Part shown: positions 56,761-64,000 of the stretch, piece after piece
Layout: the number at the start of each line of letters is the position of its first letter
How positions within the stretch are numbered: position 1 is the first letter of the stretch
Assembly (NCBI GenBank): GCA_965247525.1
Contig: OZ252015.1
Location: 1,310,210 to 1,374,209, forward strand
Origin: Hyphomicrobiales bacterium
GTDB lineage: Bacteria; Pseudomonadota; Alphaproteobacteria; Rhizobiales; UBA4765
Direction: 5' to 3'
Length of the DNA: 64,000 bases
Notes under the pieces: generated by a model
What the model saw: only the letters and a program-made list of their open reading frames with translations
Databases searched by the model: none
What the model was told of the DNA's origin: nothing
Position numbers and translations under genes: made by a program

Positions 56761-57266
56761 TCGATACAGCAGATAGCACCCACACATCAATTTTTAGCAA
56801 AGCCGTTGCGCTCTTGATCGGCTGGCCGGAATGGGTCGCCTCGCATTTTTTATGGGCAGGGCCACTTTTTGCCCGCATCGTTGTCGGCTACGTTTTTATG
56901 CTGACAGGTTGGGCCAAGTTGCACAATCTGCCGGCAATGATTGAGAATTTTGCGGGCTGGGGCATTCCCTATCCCGAAATCCTCACGCCTTTTGTTTCAG
57001 GCGTCGAGTTTTTCGGCGGCCTTTGCCTGATCTTCGGTCTGTTTACCCGCATCTTTGGCGGCATGCTCTCCGGTGTCATGGTGGTTGCCATCATTTCAGC
57101 AAAATGGAGCGATATTGACTCTGCTGAAACCCTACTGGGTTTTGAAGAGACAACCTATCTTGCTGTTTTCTTCTGGCTGGCGGTTGCCGGCGCCGGAAAA
57201 GCCTCGCTGGATTATCTTCTGAACAGCAAATTTGGAACATCAAAAGCGGCTGTCTCGTTCCGTTAA
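56757..57266 (+). CDS. DoxX-family membrane protein
   Basis: 4 TM helices. FARIVVGYVFMLTGWAKL. ATGA overlap with the upstream gene. The track start at 56691 is an extension. Confidence 0.82.
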   Translation: MIDTADSTHTSIFSKAVALLIGWPEWVASHFLWAGPLFARIVVGYVFMLTGWAKLHNLPAMIENFAGWGIPYPEILTPFVSGVEFFGGLCLIFGLFTRIFGGMLSGVMVVAIISAKWSDIDSAETLLGFEETTYLAVFFWLAVAGAGKASLDYLLNSKFGTSKAAVSFR

Positions 57267-57330
57267 ATTCCAACAGCTTTTGTAAAACCGTTAAGTCGTT
57301 TAAGGAGCGCAGCTTTTTTTAGGATTGTTA

Positions 57331-57405
57331 TGGTGCCGATGGAGGGAATTGAACCCCCGACCTTCGCTTTACGAAAGCGCTGCTCTACCCCTGAGCTACA
57401 TCGGC
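57331..57405 (-). tRNA. tRNA-Thr (anticodon CGT)
   Basis: Minus-strand sequence GCCGATGTAGCTCAGGGGTAGAGCAGCGCTTTCGTAAAGCGAAGGTCGGGGGTTCAATTCCCTCCATCGGCACCA. Anticodon loop TTCGTAA. Encoded CCA. Confidence 0.93.
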
Positions 57406-57629
57406 TTTTTGTCATATGATCGCTCTGGTTTTATTCTGCGACCATTACACACATAACACCCGTGTGACGTTTCTCGTCATTAACCCGCCATTGACGAATT
57501 GGCAACGTATCACATTGAAATAAGCAAGCAATTGTTGAAAGCGGGGCAGGTCAAAACAGGCGTTTAGTTAAACTCCAGGTCATACGAAGGGGTAATGCTT
57601 CAAAATGCCGCGCATGCTCAAAATATCAA

Positions 57630-58763
57630 TTACTTGGCTTCCGAAGACCATGGAAAATTGATGTATGTGTTGCGGGTGTCGTAACAAATATTCCCATACA
57701 TTTTGAGATACGCAGCACGCCGTTTTGGGTCTGCATATACTTTTTCAGGGTCATCGAGATCCTTTTCATAAGCCGCTAAATTATCTGCCGTAACTGCAGT
57801 GGGCAAAATGTCCATGGCCTGCGGAATGCTTTTTCCCTCCAACCAGTCGGCGGCATATTGGCCCATGGCATAGGCAAACACGGGCGATGCAAGGCTGATT
57901 GTCATTTTGTAGGGCCCAGCTTTTTTGATTTCCGAAACAGCTTCAGGCTCGCCGTCGATGCCGCCTAGAAATTGATCGGGTCTGTCTTCACCTGTGGCAC
58001 GCAATGCTTTGAGGGCCCCGAGAACGACTGCATCTGCGCCTAGAACGACGTCAATATTGGGATTGGCAAGGAGAATGGTATTCATCGTGGCAAAGCCGCC
58101 GTCCTTGGTGACGGGTTTTGGCGCGATGTCGGCGATGATTGTGACCCCGGGCAACTTGTTCAGGCCGTCGCGCATTGCCTCAAACCGCGGCGACAAATAT
58201 TCCATTGTGTCTTGCGTCAGCAGCACGACATTGGCTTTGCCGCCAAGCTTGTCATTGATGTATGTGATCGCGGCATCGGTCAAAACTTTCCCTGTTGCAT
58301 ATTGTGGAGCGTTGAGAAGCAATGTCGCCGGCGGCGGCACGATCGTGCCGACAAAAGCGCCAGACCAAATCAAGCGCTCCAAATTGGGAGCTATAGCGGC
58401 AGAATCAGACGAGGTGGCGATGAGAGCGCCGCTTTTTTCAGCTTGAAGCAAATGGAGTTGTTCCAATACTTTAGTGGTGTCATTTTCCACCAAAACTTTG
58501 CGATATTTAAGCTCACGATTTTGAGCGGCAAGGAACAGGCCGTGGTCGACCCCTTGCAGGAACTCGCGCTCATTTTCTTGGATGTAAGTTAAAGTCTTCG
58601 CAAGGCCGGACGGCGGACTGCAAGGCGGCGCATATGCGTTAAAAGGCGCAAATAATGTCGGCGTTGTAATGCCGGATGGTCTTTCATCGGCATGCGCCAC
58701 ACTGGCCATAAAAAGAGAAAAAACCGCAAAAGCCTGACGAAAATAATTTTGGGCCATACGCAT
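57630..58763 (-). CDS. periplasmic binding protein (type 1, sugar-binding-like), orphan with no ABC partner genes
   Basis: Signal peptide ending VAHA. Two-lobe PBP1-like sequence (NVVLLTQDT, VVLGADAVVLGALKAL). Lies 24 nt downstream of a CHASE3 kinase. Confidence 0.65.
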   Translation of the reverse strand: MRMAQNYFRQAFAVFSLFMASVAHADERPSGITTPTLFAPFNAYAPPCSPPSGLAKTLTYIQENEREFLQGVDHGLFLAAQNRELKYRKVLVENDTTKVLEQLHLLQAEKSGALIATSSDSAAIAPNLERLIWSGAFVGTIVPPPATLLLNAPQYATGKVLTDAAITYINDKLGGKANVVLLTQDTMEYLSPRFEAMRDGLNKLPGVTIIADIAPKPVTKDGGFATMNTILLANPNIDVVLGADAVVLGALKALRATGEDRPDQFLGGIDGEPEAVSEIKKAGPYKMTISLASPVFAYAMGQYAADWLEGKSIPQAMDILPTAVTADNLAAYEKDLDDPEKVYADPKRRAAYLKMYGNICYDTRNTYINFPWSSEAK

Positions 58764-58787
58764 TCGCTGTTCCAGATGGTTTAGGTC

Positions 58788-60149
58788 CTAAAGAGAAAAA
58801 ACAAGTCGCGCGGCCGTGCCGGGGTCGCCGGCACTGTAATTAATCTGCGCGCCCAAGCTCGCTGCCATCGTTTTAACAATTTTTGTACCAAGTCCCGTTC
58901 CTTTCGGTTCGGCGCTTTCATGACGGCCGACACCGTCATCTTCAACTGTAAGCTCAATCTGCTTGTCCAAGAGATGTCTGAGACGAACACGAATTTCCCC
59001 AACGCGGTCAGGATAAGCATATTTAAAAGCGTTGGTCACAAGCTCAGCAACGATAACACCTAGATTGATGGTTGCATCTGTTGGCATATCAAATGGCTCA
59101 ATGTCGTATTTCAAAGACGCGCCATGCCCTTCGTCGCGCATTGATATTTCAAGGTGCTCAAGCAGACTTGAAAGATAGTCATGCATTGCGACGAAACGCA
59201 CATCTCCTGAGCTATAAAGGCTTTTATGGACAGATGCTACGGCGTAAATACGCGCCTGCGTTTCACCAAGAGCTATTTTTGCAGCTTTGTCCGTCAGCAC
59301 ATTGGCTTGCAGTCGCACAAGCGAAGCGACAAGTGAAAGGCTATTGGCAACGCGGTGGTTGACTTCGGCAAGCAGCAATTGGGCGCGGTCGCGGGCCTGC
59401 GCCAGATCGGCTGTGCGGTTTTGAACGCGTTCTTCAAGTTTTGTATTGAATGCCGTGACTTCATCACGTGTTCTAGACAGCTCACACGTGTAACGAAAAA
59501 GTGCAAAAATGACGGAGGCGACGACCCCAACAATAACAAATCCACCCATAATCGAAATCCAGCGAAGCCACGACGCATTGGCGCGCTGCTGGCGCACGCC
59601 TGCGTTCAAACTTTCATCGGATGTGCGGATAATGCCTGCAAAAAAAACATTGGCTTCATCAATCAAAGCCTTGCCGCGATTGGTGCGAGTTGTTGCCAAA
59701 GCCTCTGGATCGTGCCGCTCACGCTTAAGCGCAATGATTGTATCCATTTCATCGACCTTCTCGATAATGATGGTTTCAAGGCGCTGCAAAGCGACCTGCG
59801 TTTGGGGGAAGGACACAAGGCTGTCTTTTAAAACCATAAGCTGGCGCAGCGCGACGGTTTTGGCTGTCGAATAAGGTGCAAGATAAATCTCGTTGCCCGT
59901 GTAGGCGTAACCGCGCTGGCTCGATTCTGCAGTCTGAATGGCATTGCGTAATTCGACGGCAGCCGTGCGCGTATCGCGCGCTGCAAAAGCCTGATTGGCA
60001 TAATCTTGCGTGCGCTCCACCAGCCATATCGTCATGCCGACAATGCTAAGAAGCGTCATGAAACCGACGGCAAGCAGAACAATTGTTGTGCGGACAGAAA
60101 AATGGCTTTTGACAGGCATCACCACAATGGCATGCCTGATGTTGAACAT
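58788..60149 (-). CDS. CHASE3-HisKA_2 sensor histidine kinase
   Basis: TM-CHASE3-TM layout (ESSQRGYAYTGNEIYLAPY). H-box [35 protein letters not shown]. Confidence 0.85.
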   Translation of the reverse strand: MFNIRHAIVVMPVKSHFSVRTTIVLLAVGFMTLLSIVGMTIWLVERTQDYANQAFAARDTRTAAVELRNAIQTAESSQRGYAYTGNEIYLAPYSTAKTVALRQLMVLKDSLVSFPQTQVALQRLETIIIEKVDEMDTIIALKRERHDPEALATTRTNRGKALIDEANVFFAGIIRTSDESLNAGVRQQRANASWLRWISIMGGFVIVGVVASVIFALFRYTCELSRTRDEVTAFNTKLEERVQNRTADLAQARDRAQLLLAEVNHRVANSLSLVASLVRLQANVLTDKAAKIALGETQARIYAVASVHKSLYSSGDVRFVAMHDYLSSLLEHLEISMRDEGHGASLKYDIEPFDMPTDATINLGVIVAELVTNAFKYAYPDRVGEIRVRLRHLLDKQIELTVEDDGVGRHESAEPKGTGLGTKIVKTMAASLGAQINYSAGDPGTAARLVFSL

Positions 60150-60386
60150 TCAGGCAACGGCAAGCTGATATACTTGGGCATGAAAATGATTTTGTGATTA
60201 GTTCAAGTAATTCAGAAAAAGATTGAACCTTGGTTTCTTATAACGACAGCGCTGAGACGGATTGGAAAAAATGGGCTACAGTTTTAACTGCACGATTTGC
60301 GAACGTAAAACGGCAAAAAACGGGTTTAAAAACCATTTTAAATCAATATCGTTTGGATCTCGCGTTTTGGCCTTTTTAAAAGCTAG

Positions 60387-61910
60387 CTAATGGAAGGATG
60401 AGGCTGCGGTGGTTGTATCGTCTGGGTCATCATCGCTGGCCGTGCCCGGATCATCGGGCAGAAAAGGCGCTTGGCGCGAGGCTTTTGCAGCTAACTCTGC
60501 AGGTGTCAAAAGAGAAGAAGAAGGCCGCGCTGCTGTATTTTCGACATTAATGCGCGCCGCGCGGCGCGACGCTGGAAGATAGGCGGTCGGGATTTTGGGC
60601 AATTGCTCTTGCAGCAAAACAAGACTTTGCGGCTCATCCTGCGGAACTCTCCAGCGCACGCCGCCAAGCTCGCCCGAGATTGGCGAAGCCGGTTGCCACT
60701 CGCTCAAAATTTGTCCGTCGCCCATCCACTGCGCATCGCGCGGTGCGCGCATGGCCTTATCAAGCCAGCTGCGCATTTCGCCGACATCGTCATCCTCAAC
60801 TTCGGCAAATTTCGCCATCATCAGGCAAATGCGCTGCGTTGGCGCAGCGAGCAAGGGTTTAAGCGTGCTGCGCGCCAGCGCAAAATCGCGCGCTTCAGCG
60901 GCCGCGCTTGCAAAAGCGATCAGGCTTTCGGGATGGTTGGGGTGCAGGCGAAGCAGCTGGCGTGCCCGTTTCAAGCGGTCGCGCCCTGAATCGCCGCTGC
61001 GCAAATGCGCATAGGCATTGGCAATCAGCGGGTGGGGTGCAAGTTTCCATGTGCGCTCAAGCGTTTTTGCCGCAAGTTTAAAATTTCCTGTCTCGGACGC
61101 AAGCGTTGCCGCAAGAACGGTGGCAGGGGCGAGCGTGGGGTCGAGATAATGCGCATCAAGCGCCAGCGCGCGTGCCTCATCGCGGTTGTGCTCAACCTGC
61201 TCGCGTGCTTTGGCCGTCATTGCAACGGCGCGCAAATATTTGCTCTCTGTCTTGTCAATCAGCTGGTGGCGTTGCTGCGCACGAATGGTGGTGAGAGCCG
61301 CGTCCCAAGCGCCGGTTTTGCCTTGGGTGATAAGAAGCGCATTGCTCGCCCAGGGCAGGTCGGATTTCATGTCGGCCGCGGCGGCAGCGTAAAGCGCCGC
61401 TTCCTGGCCATCTCCCGCGCGCTGTGCTTCAACAAAAAGGCCGCGAAGGCCAAGGAGCCGCGTCTGCGGATTGTCGAGCATCGCCTCAAAACTTTGCCGC
61501 GCTTTGTCAGGGTCACCACTTAACTGTGCAGCCTGACTTTGCAGCAGCAATGTCATCGGCGTAACGCCAAGATAGGACGTGGCGGAGCGTGCCGCGCGCT
61601 GCGCCTGCTTCACATCCCATGCCCCGACCGCGACCAGCCCGCGTGTCATCGCGTCAAGGCCTTTGTCTTTGCGCCGCAGCCGCAAATACATACGAAATGC
61701 TTCCGGCCCCTGCAGCACCGCGCGCAATGTCTGAACGACAATGTAAGCGGCGACTAGAAAAAGGACAAAGCCAATGACAGCAACAAACAGACTGGTTTCA
61801 ATATGATAGCCGAGAAGGTCGACGGCAAGCCTGCCTTGCAACGTCGCGACATAGGCAAGTGCCAGGCTGATAAGTGTCGCAACCCCGATAAATAAAAACA
61901 GCTTTCGCAT
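60387..61910 (-). CDS. HemY-like heme-biosynthesis-associated TPR membrane protein
   Basis: Two N-terminal TM helices, HemY_N-like region, TPR-like helical repeats. Follows the hemC-hemD-Mic60-like genes. Confidence 0.75.
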   Translation of the reverse strand: MRKLFLFIGVATLISLALAYVATLQGRLAVDLLGYHIETSLFVAVIGFVLFLVAAYIVVQTLRAVLQGPEAFRMYLRLRRKDKGLDAMTRGLVAVGAWDVKQAQRAARSATSYLGVTPMTLLLQSQAAQLSGDPDKARQSFEAMLDNPQTRLLGLRGLFVEAQRAGDGQEAALYAAAAADMKSDLPWASNALLITQGKTGAWDAALTTIRAQQRHQLIDKTESKYLRAVAMTAKAREQVEHNRDEARALALDAHYLDPTLAPATVLAATLASETGNFKLAAKTLERTWKLAPHPLIANAYAHLRSGDSGRDRLKRARQLLRLHPNHPESLIAFASAAAEARDFALARSTLKPLLAAPTQRICLMMAKFAEVEDDDVGEMRSWLDKAMRAPRDAQWMGDGQILSEWQPASPISGELGGVRWRVPQDEPQSLVLLQEQLPKIPTAYLPASRRAARINVENTAARPSSSLLTPAELAAKASRQAPFLPDDPGTASDDDPDDTTTAASSFH

Positions 61911-62944
61911 CAGGACGCACTTTTAAGCGTTTGTGCCGTGTTCAAGATCATTTTTTGCGTCAGTTCATCGGCTTTCGCGCGTGTCGACAAATCAGCTGAA
62001 AAGTCAGCGGCACGTTGTTGAATATCATCGGGAATTGCGACAAATTCTTTATAGGCAAGAATAGCGCTGCCATTTTGCAGCTGGTATTCGCAGCGCGCCA
62101 ATCGCGCTTCCAGGCTGTCACCTTCAATATTGCCCGATTTGCGCACGCTGATGAGCGAGGATGCAAAAGACGATAGCCTGTCGTAAAAGCTTGCGTTAGC
62201 TGAGCTCTGCTGGCGAAGCATTAAATCTGCGGCGGCTGGGAAACGTTGCAGCAAAGATGCGCGCGTGGGCAGGCCGTTTTGCGCATAGGGGCTAAGCGAT
62301 GTTGCCAGTTCGGCATTGGCGGGAAATGTTTTTGACAGCGCAAGCTCGCTGGTAAAGGGCTGGCCAAGATCAATGGCCTGTTTCAGCGCCAATGCCGACA
62401 AGGCCTCAGCAAGCTTTTGCTCTTTTTCGGCAATCCCTTGCTGCGACAGGCCGCCAAGCTTTTGCTCCAGCGCATTAAGCCGTGCTTCAAGCGGTGCAAG
62501 ATCAGCCGCTTCTTTTGGTTTCATCTGCTGAATGGATTCTTCCAGCCGGTGAGTGTCGCTTTCCTGCTTTTCAGAAAGCGCCGTCATGGAATTGCGCGTT
62601 GCCTCGAAGCGGTTGACGCTGTTTTCCAGCGTGTTGATGCGTGATCTCTGGCCTTCGACTTGTGCCATGCGGTCGGCCATTGAGCGCATTTGCCCGCTGG
62701 TATCGACGGCGCCTGAAAATGTGTCATTGCGCATCAAGGCATAAGACCCGGCAATGCCGATGCCGGCCACAAGCACAAGGCCAAGCGCAATCGACGACCA
62801 CATCAGCCCGGCGCGTGGTTTTTCAAAGCTGACAACAGGGTCGGGATTTGCAGGTTCGGGCTTTTGCGAAATGATGGGTTCGCCGAGTTTTTTAGCGCGC
62901 GGCGCCTTATCGGGTTTGGGCGGTTTCAAAGTCATATCAGCCAT
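61910..62944 (-). CDS. alphaproteobacterial Mic60 (mitofilin)-like protein
   Basis: N-terminal TM helix (MWSSIALGLVLVAGIGIAGSYAL), long coiled-coil region, conserved C-terminal domain. Lies between hemD and the hemY-like gene. Confidence 0.65.
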   Translation of the reverse strand: MADMTLKPPKPDKAPRAKKLGEPIISQKPEPANPDPVVSFEKPRAGLMWSSIALGLVLVAGIGIAGSYALMRNDTFSGAVDTSGQMRSMADRMAQVEGQRSRINTLENSVNRFEATRNSMTALSEKQESDTHRLEESIQQMKPKEAADLAPLEARLNALEQKLGGLSQQGIAEKEQKLAEALSALALKQAIDLGQPFTSELALSKTFPANAELATSLSPYAQNGLPTRASLLQRFPAAADLMLRQQSSANASFYDRLSSFASSLISVRKSGNIEGDSLEARLARCEYQLQNGSAILAYKEFVAIPDDIQQRAADFSADLSTRAKADELTQKMILNTAQTLKSAS

Positions 62945-62971
62945 AGGCCTTCATAACGCGATGAGGTAAAC

Positions 62972-63688
62972 TTACCTAATATTTTTTTGCGCCAGCAATC
63001 TTAAAATCTCTGCCATTTCCGGTTTTGCTGCGGCATAGGCGCGAAGCCCGCGCTCCTGAAGCGGGGCGGCAATCTCCTGCGACAGGCAGAAATAATCTGG
63101 CGTTGCCGTAATCGTCTGCCCCATGGGAATGACAAGACTTAAAAACTGCGCGGCAGCGCGTTCAGAAAACAAAAGAACCGTTCCGACTTGCCGCTCCTTA
63201 ATTGCTTGCTGCACGAACGGGGAAAAACCCGGCAGTGTGGCCATGTCGTAAGCGTCCCACACCACCAAATGAAACCCTGCTTCGGCAAGGCGTGTCTCTA
63301 ACAACGGCTTTCGTTTCACACCCGCCAGATAAAGAACAGTGCCAGTCTGATGATGCGCTTCGACAAGATGTGACAGCGATGCCGCATCGCCTGTAGCGGC
63401 GGTTACACATTTAAAACCGGCATCGCGCGCGGCCTGCGCCGTTTCTTCGCCAACGCCATAAAAAGGCATATGGAAAAGATGGGTTGCGTCTTGAGTTTTG
63501 AGCGCCAGCAGCGCGTTGCGGCTGGTTGCAACAACGGCAATGGGCGTTACCTGCGGCAGCGCCGCTTCGCTGGGTACGGTTTGAAACAAAGGCGCGGACA
63601 TGGCCTGATAGCCGTCGGCTTCTAACTGTTGCGTCAGGCGGTCGGCATCGGGTTGCGGGCGCGTGACAAGAACCAGCCTGCGCATCAC
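62972..63688 (-). CDS. hemD: uroporphyrinogen-III synthase
   Basis: RLVLVTRPQPDADRL start, two-lobe HemD-like sequence, overlaps the hemC stop. Confidence 0.8.
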   Translation of the reverse strand: MMRRLVLVTRPQPDADRLTQQLEADGYQAMSAPLFQTVPSEAALPQVTPIAVVATSRNALLALKTQDATHLFHMPFYGVGEETAQAARDAGFKCVTAATGDAASLSHLVEAHHQTGTVLYLAGVKRKPLLETRLAEAGFHLVVWDAYDMATLPGFSPFVQQAIKERQVGTVLLFSERAAAQFLSLVIPMGQTITATPDYFCLSQEIAAPLQERGLRAYAAAKPEMAEILRLLAQKNIR

Positions 63689-64000
63689 GACACAAAAAAA
63701 TCGAGCGGCGCGCGCGATTTTAACTCTTCGGCCGCGTCAAAACCGATGGCATAAGCCTGATCGCTTGTGCCCTTGCGGTGTGTTTCAAAAACAGCGCTGC
63801 CATCGGGTTTTAAAATTATCCCGTGAAATGTGAGTGTGTCACCAATGAGTTCGGCATAGCCCGCAATAGGCGTGCGGCAGGAACCGTCAAGATGACTTAA
63901 AAAAGCCCGCTCGCACGTCAGCGCTGTCATTGAAGCCTGGTGTGAAATTGCCAAAAGCTTGACGCGCGTCACTGCATCATCTGCACGGCATTCAAGAACG
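63685..64000 (-). CDS. hemC: hydroxymethylbilane synthase, C-terminal part (5' end beyond the window)
   Basis: The frame is open to the window edge: VLECRADDAVTRVKLLAISH...ERAFLSHLDGSCRTPIAGYAEL (cofactor-binding Cys). Confidence 0.88.
   Translation of the reverse strand, partial: VLECRADDAVTRVKLLAISHQASMTALTCERAFLSHLDGSCRTPIAGYAELIGDTLTFHGIILKPDGSAVFETHRKGTSDQAYAIGFDAAEELKSRAPLDFFVS

Noticed and set aside
57267-57629. Genomic island integrated at tRNA-Thr (and at tRNA-Leu, 31060-31144)
   Set aside because: There is no integrase. I saw no direct repeat of either tRNA 3' end elsewhere in the window. The AGCAGAACTT(A)GCG duplication at 31144-31205 lies on the 5' (promoter) side of tRNA-Leu and is not part of the tRNA.

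Overview
Gene-dense chromosomal segment: about 70 CDS and 2 tRNAs. I found no rRNA, CRISPR array, transposase or integrase. The gene content looks alphaproteobacterial and Rhizobiales/Hyphomicrobiales-like. It includes phaR-phaA-phaB, typA, folP-folK and folD, and the acpXL-fabZ-KS-KS-adh-lpxXL cluster for very-long-chain-fatty-acid lipid A. It also holds a phenylacetate (paa) catabolic cluster and a hemC-hemD-Mic60-like-hemY cluster.

The standout locus is 51.8-57.3 kb. An ECF sigma factor and an NrsF (DUF1109) anti-sigma are followed by three genes. The first is an 83-aa Sec-signal peptide whose core carries six Cys in a Gly/Lys-rich CKG-type repeat. The second is a single ORF fusing a DUF692 (MNIO) enzyme to a DUF2063 partner domain. 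The third is a DoxX membrane protein. This matches a bufferin/gig-type periplasmic RiPP (probable metallophore) operon in a fused, 6-Cys variant. It sits back to back with a periplasmic MsrA/thioredoxin-like operon. A GTAACG-N16-CGAA ECF-type promoter candidate lies in front of the precursor gene.

Other points:
- Several families of short intergenic repeats occur. One forms 110-180 bp inverted arrays flanking dsbB, and one is a 253-bp insertion between paaB and paaC.
- A YciI-like gene is wedged between paaA and paaB.
- There are compositionally atypical orphan proteins. One has a caspase/CHAT-like His...Cys spacing.
- Also present: a Tat-signal Fe/Mn SOD, a KS/CLF-like pair in the VLCFA cluster, a FAN1-like VRR-NUC nuclease, a type IB topoisomerase, and two CHASE3 histidine-kinase loci.

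All calls rest on reading the translated ORFs and the DNA by eye. No database search was run.
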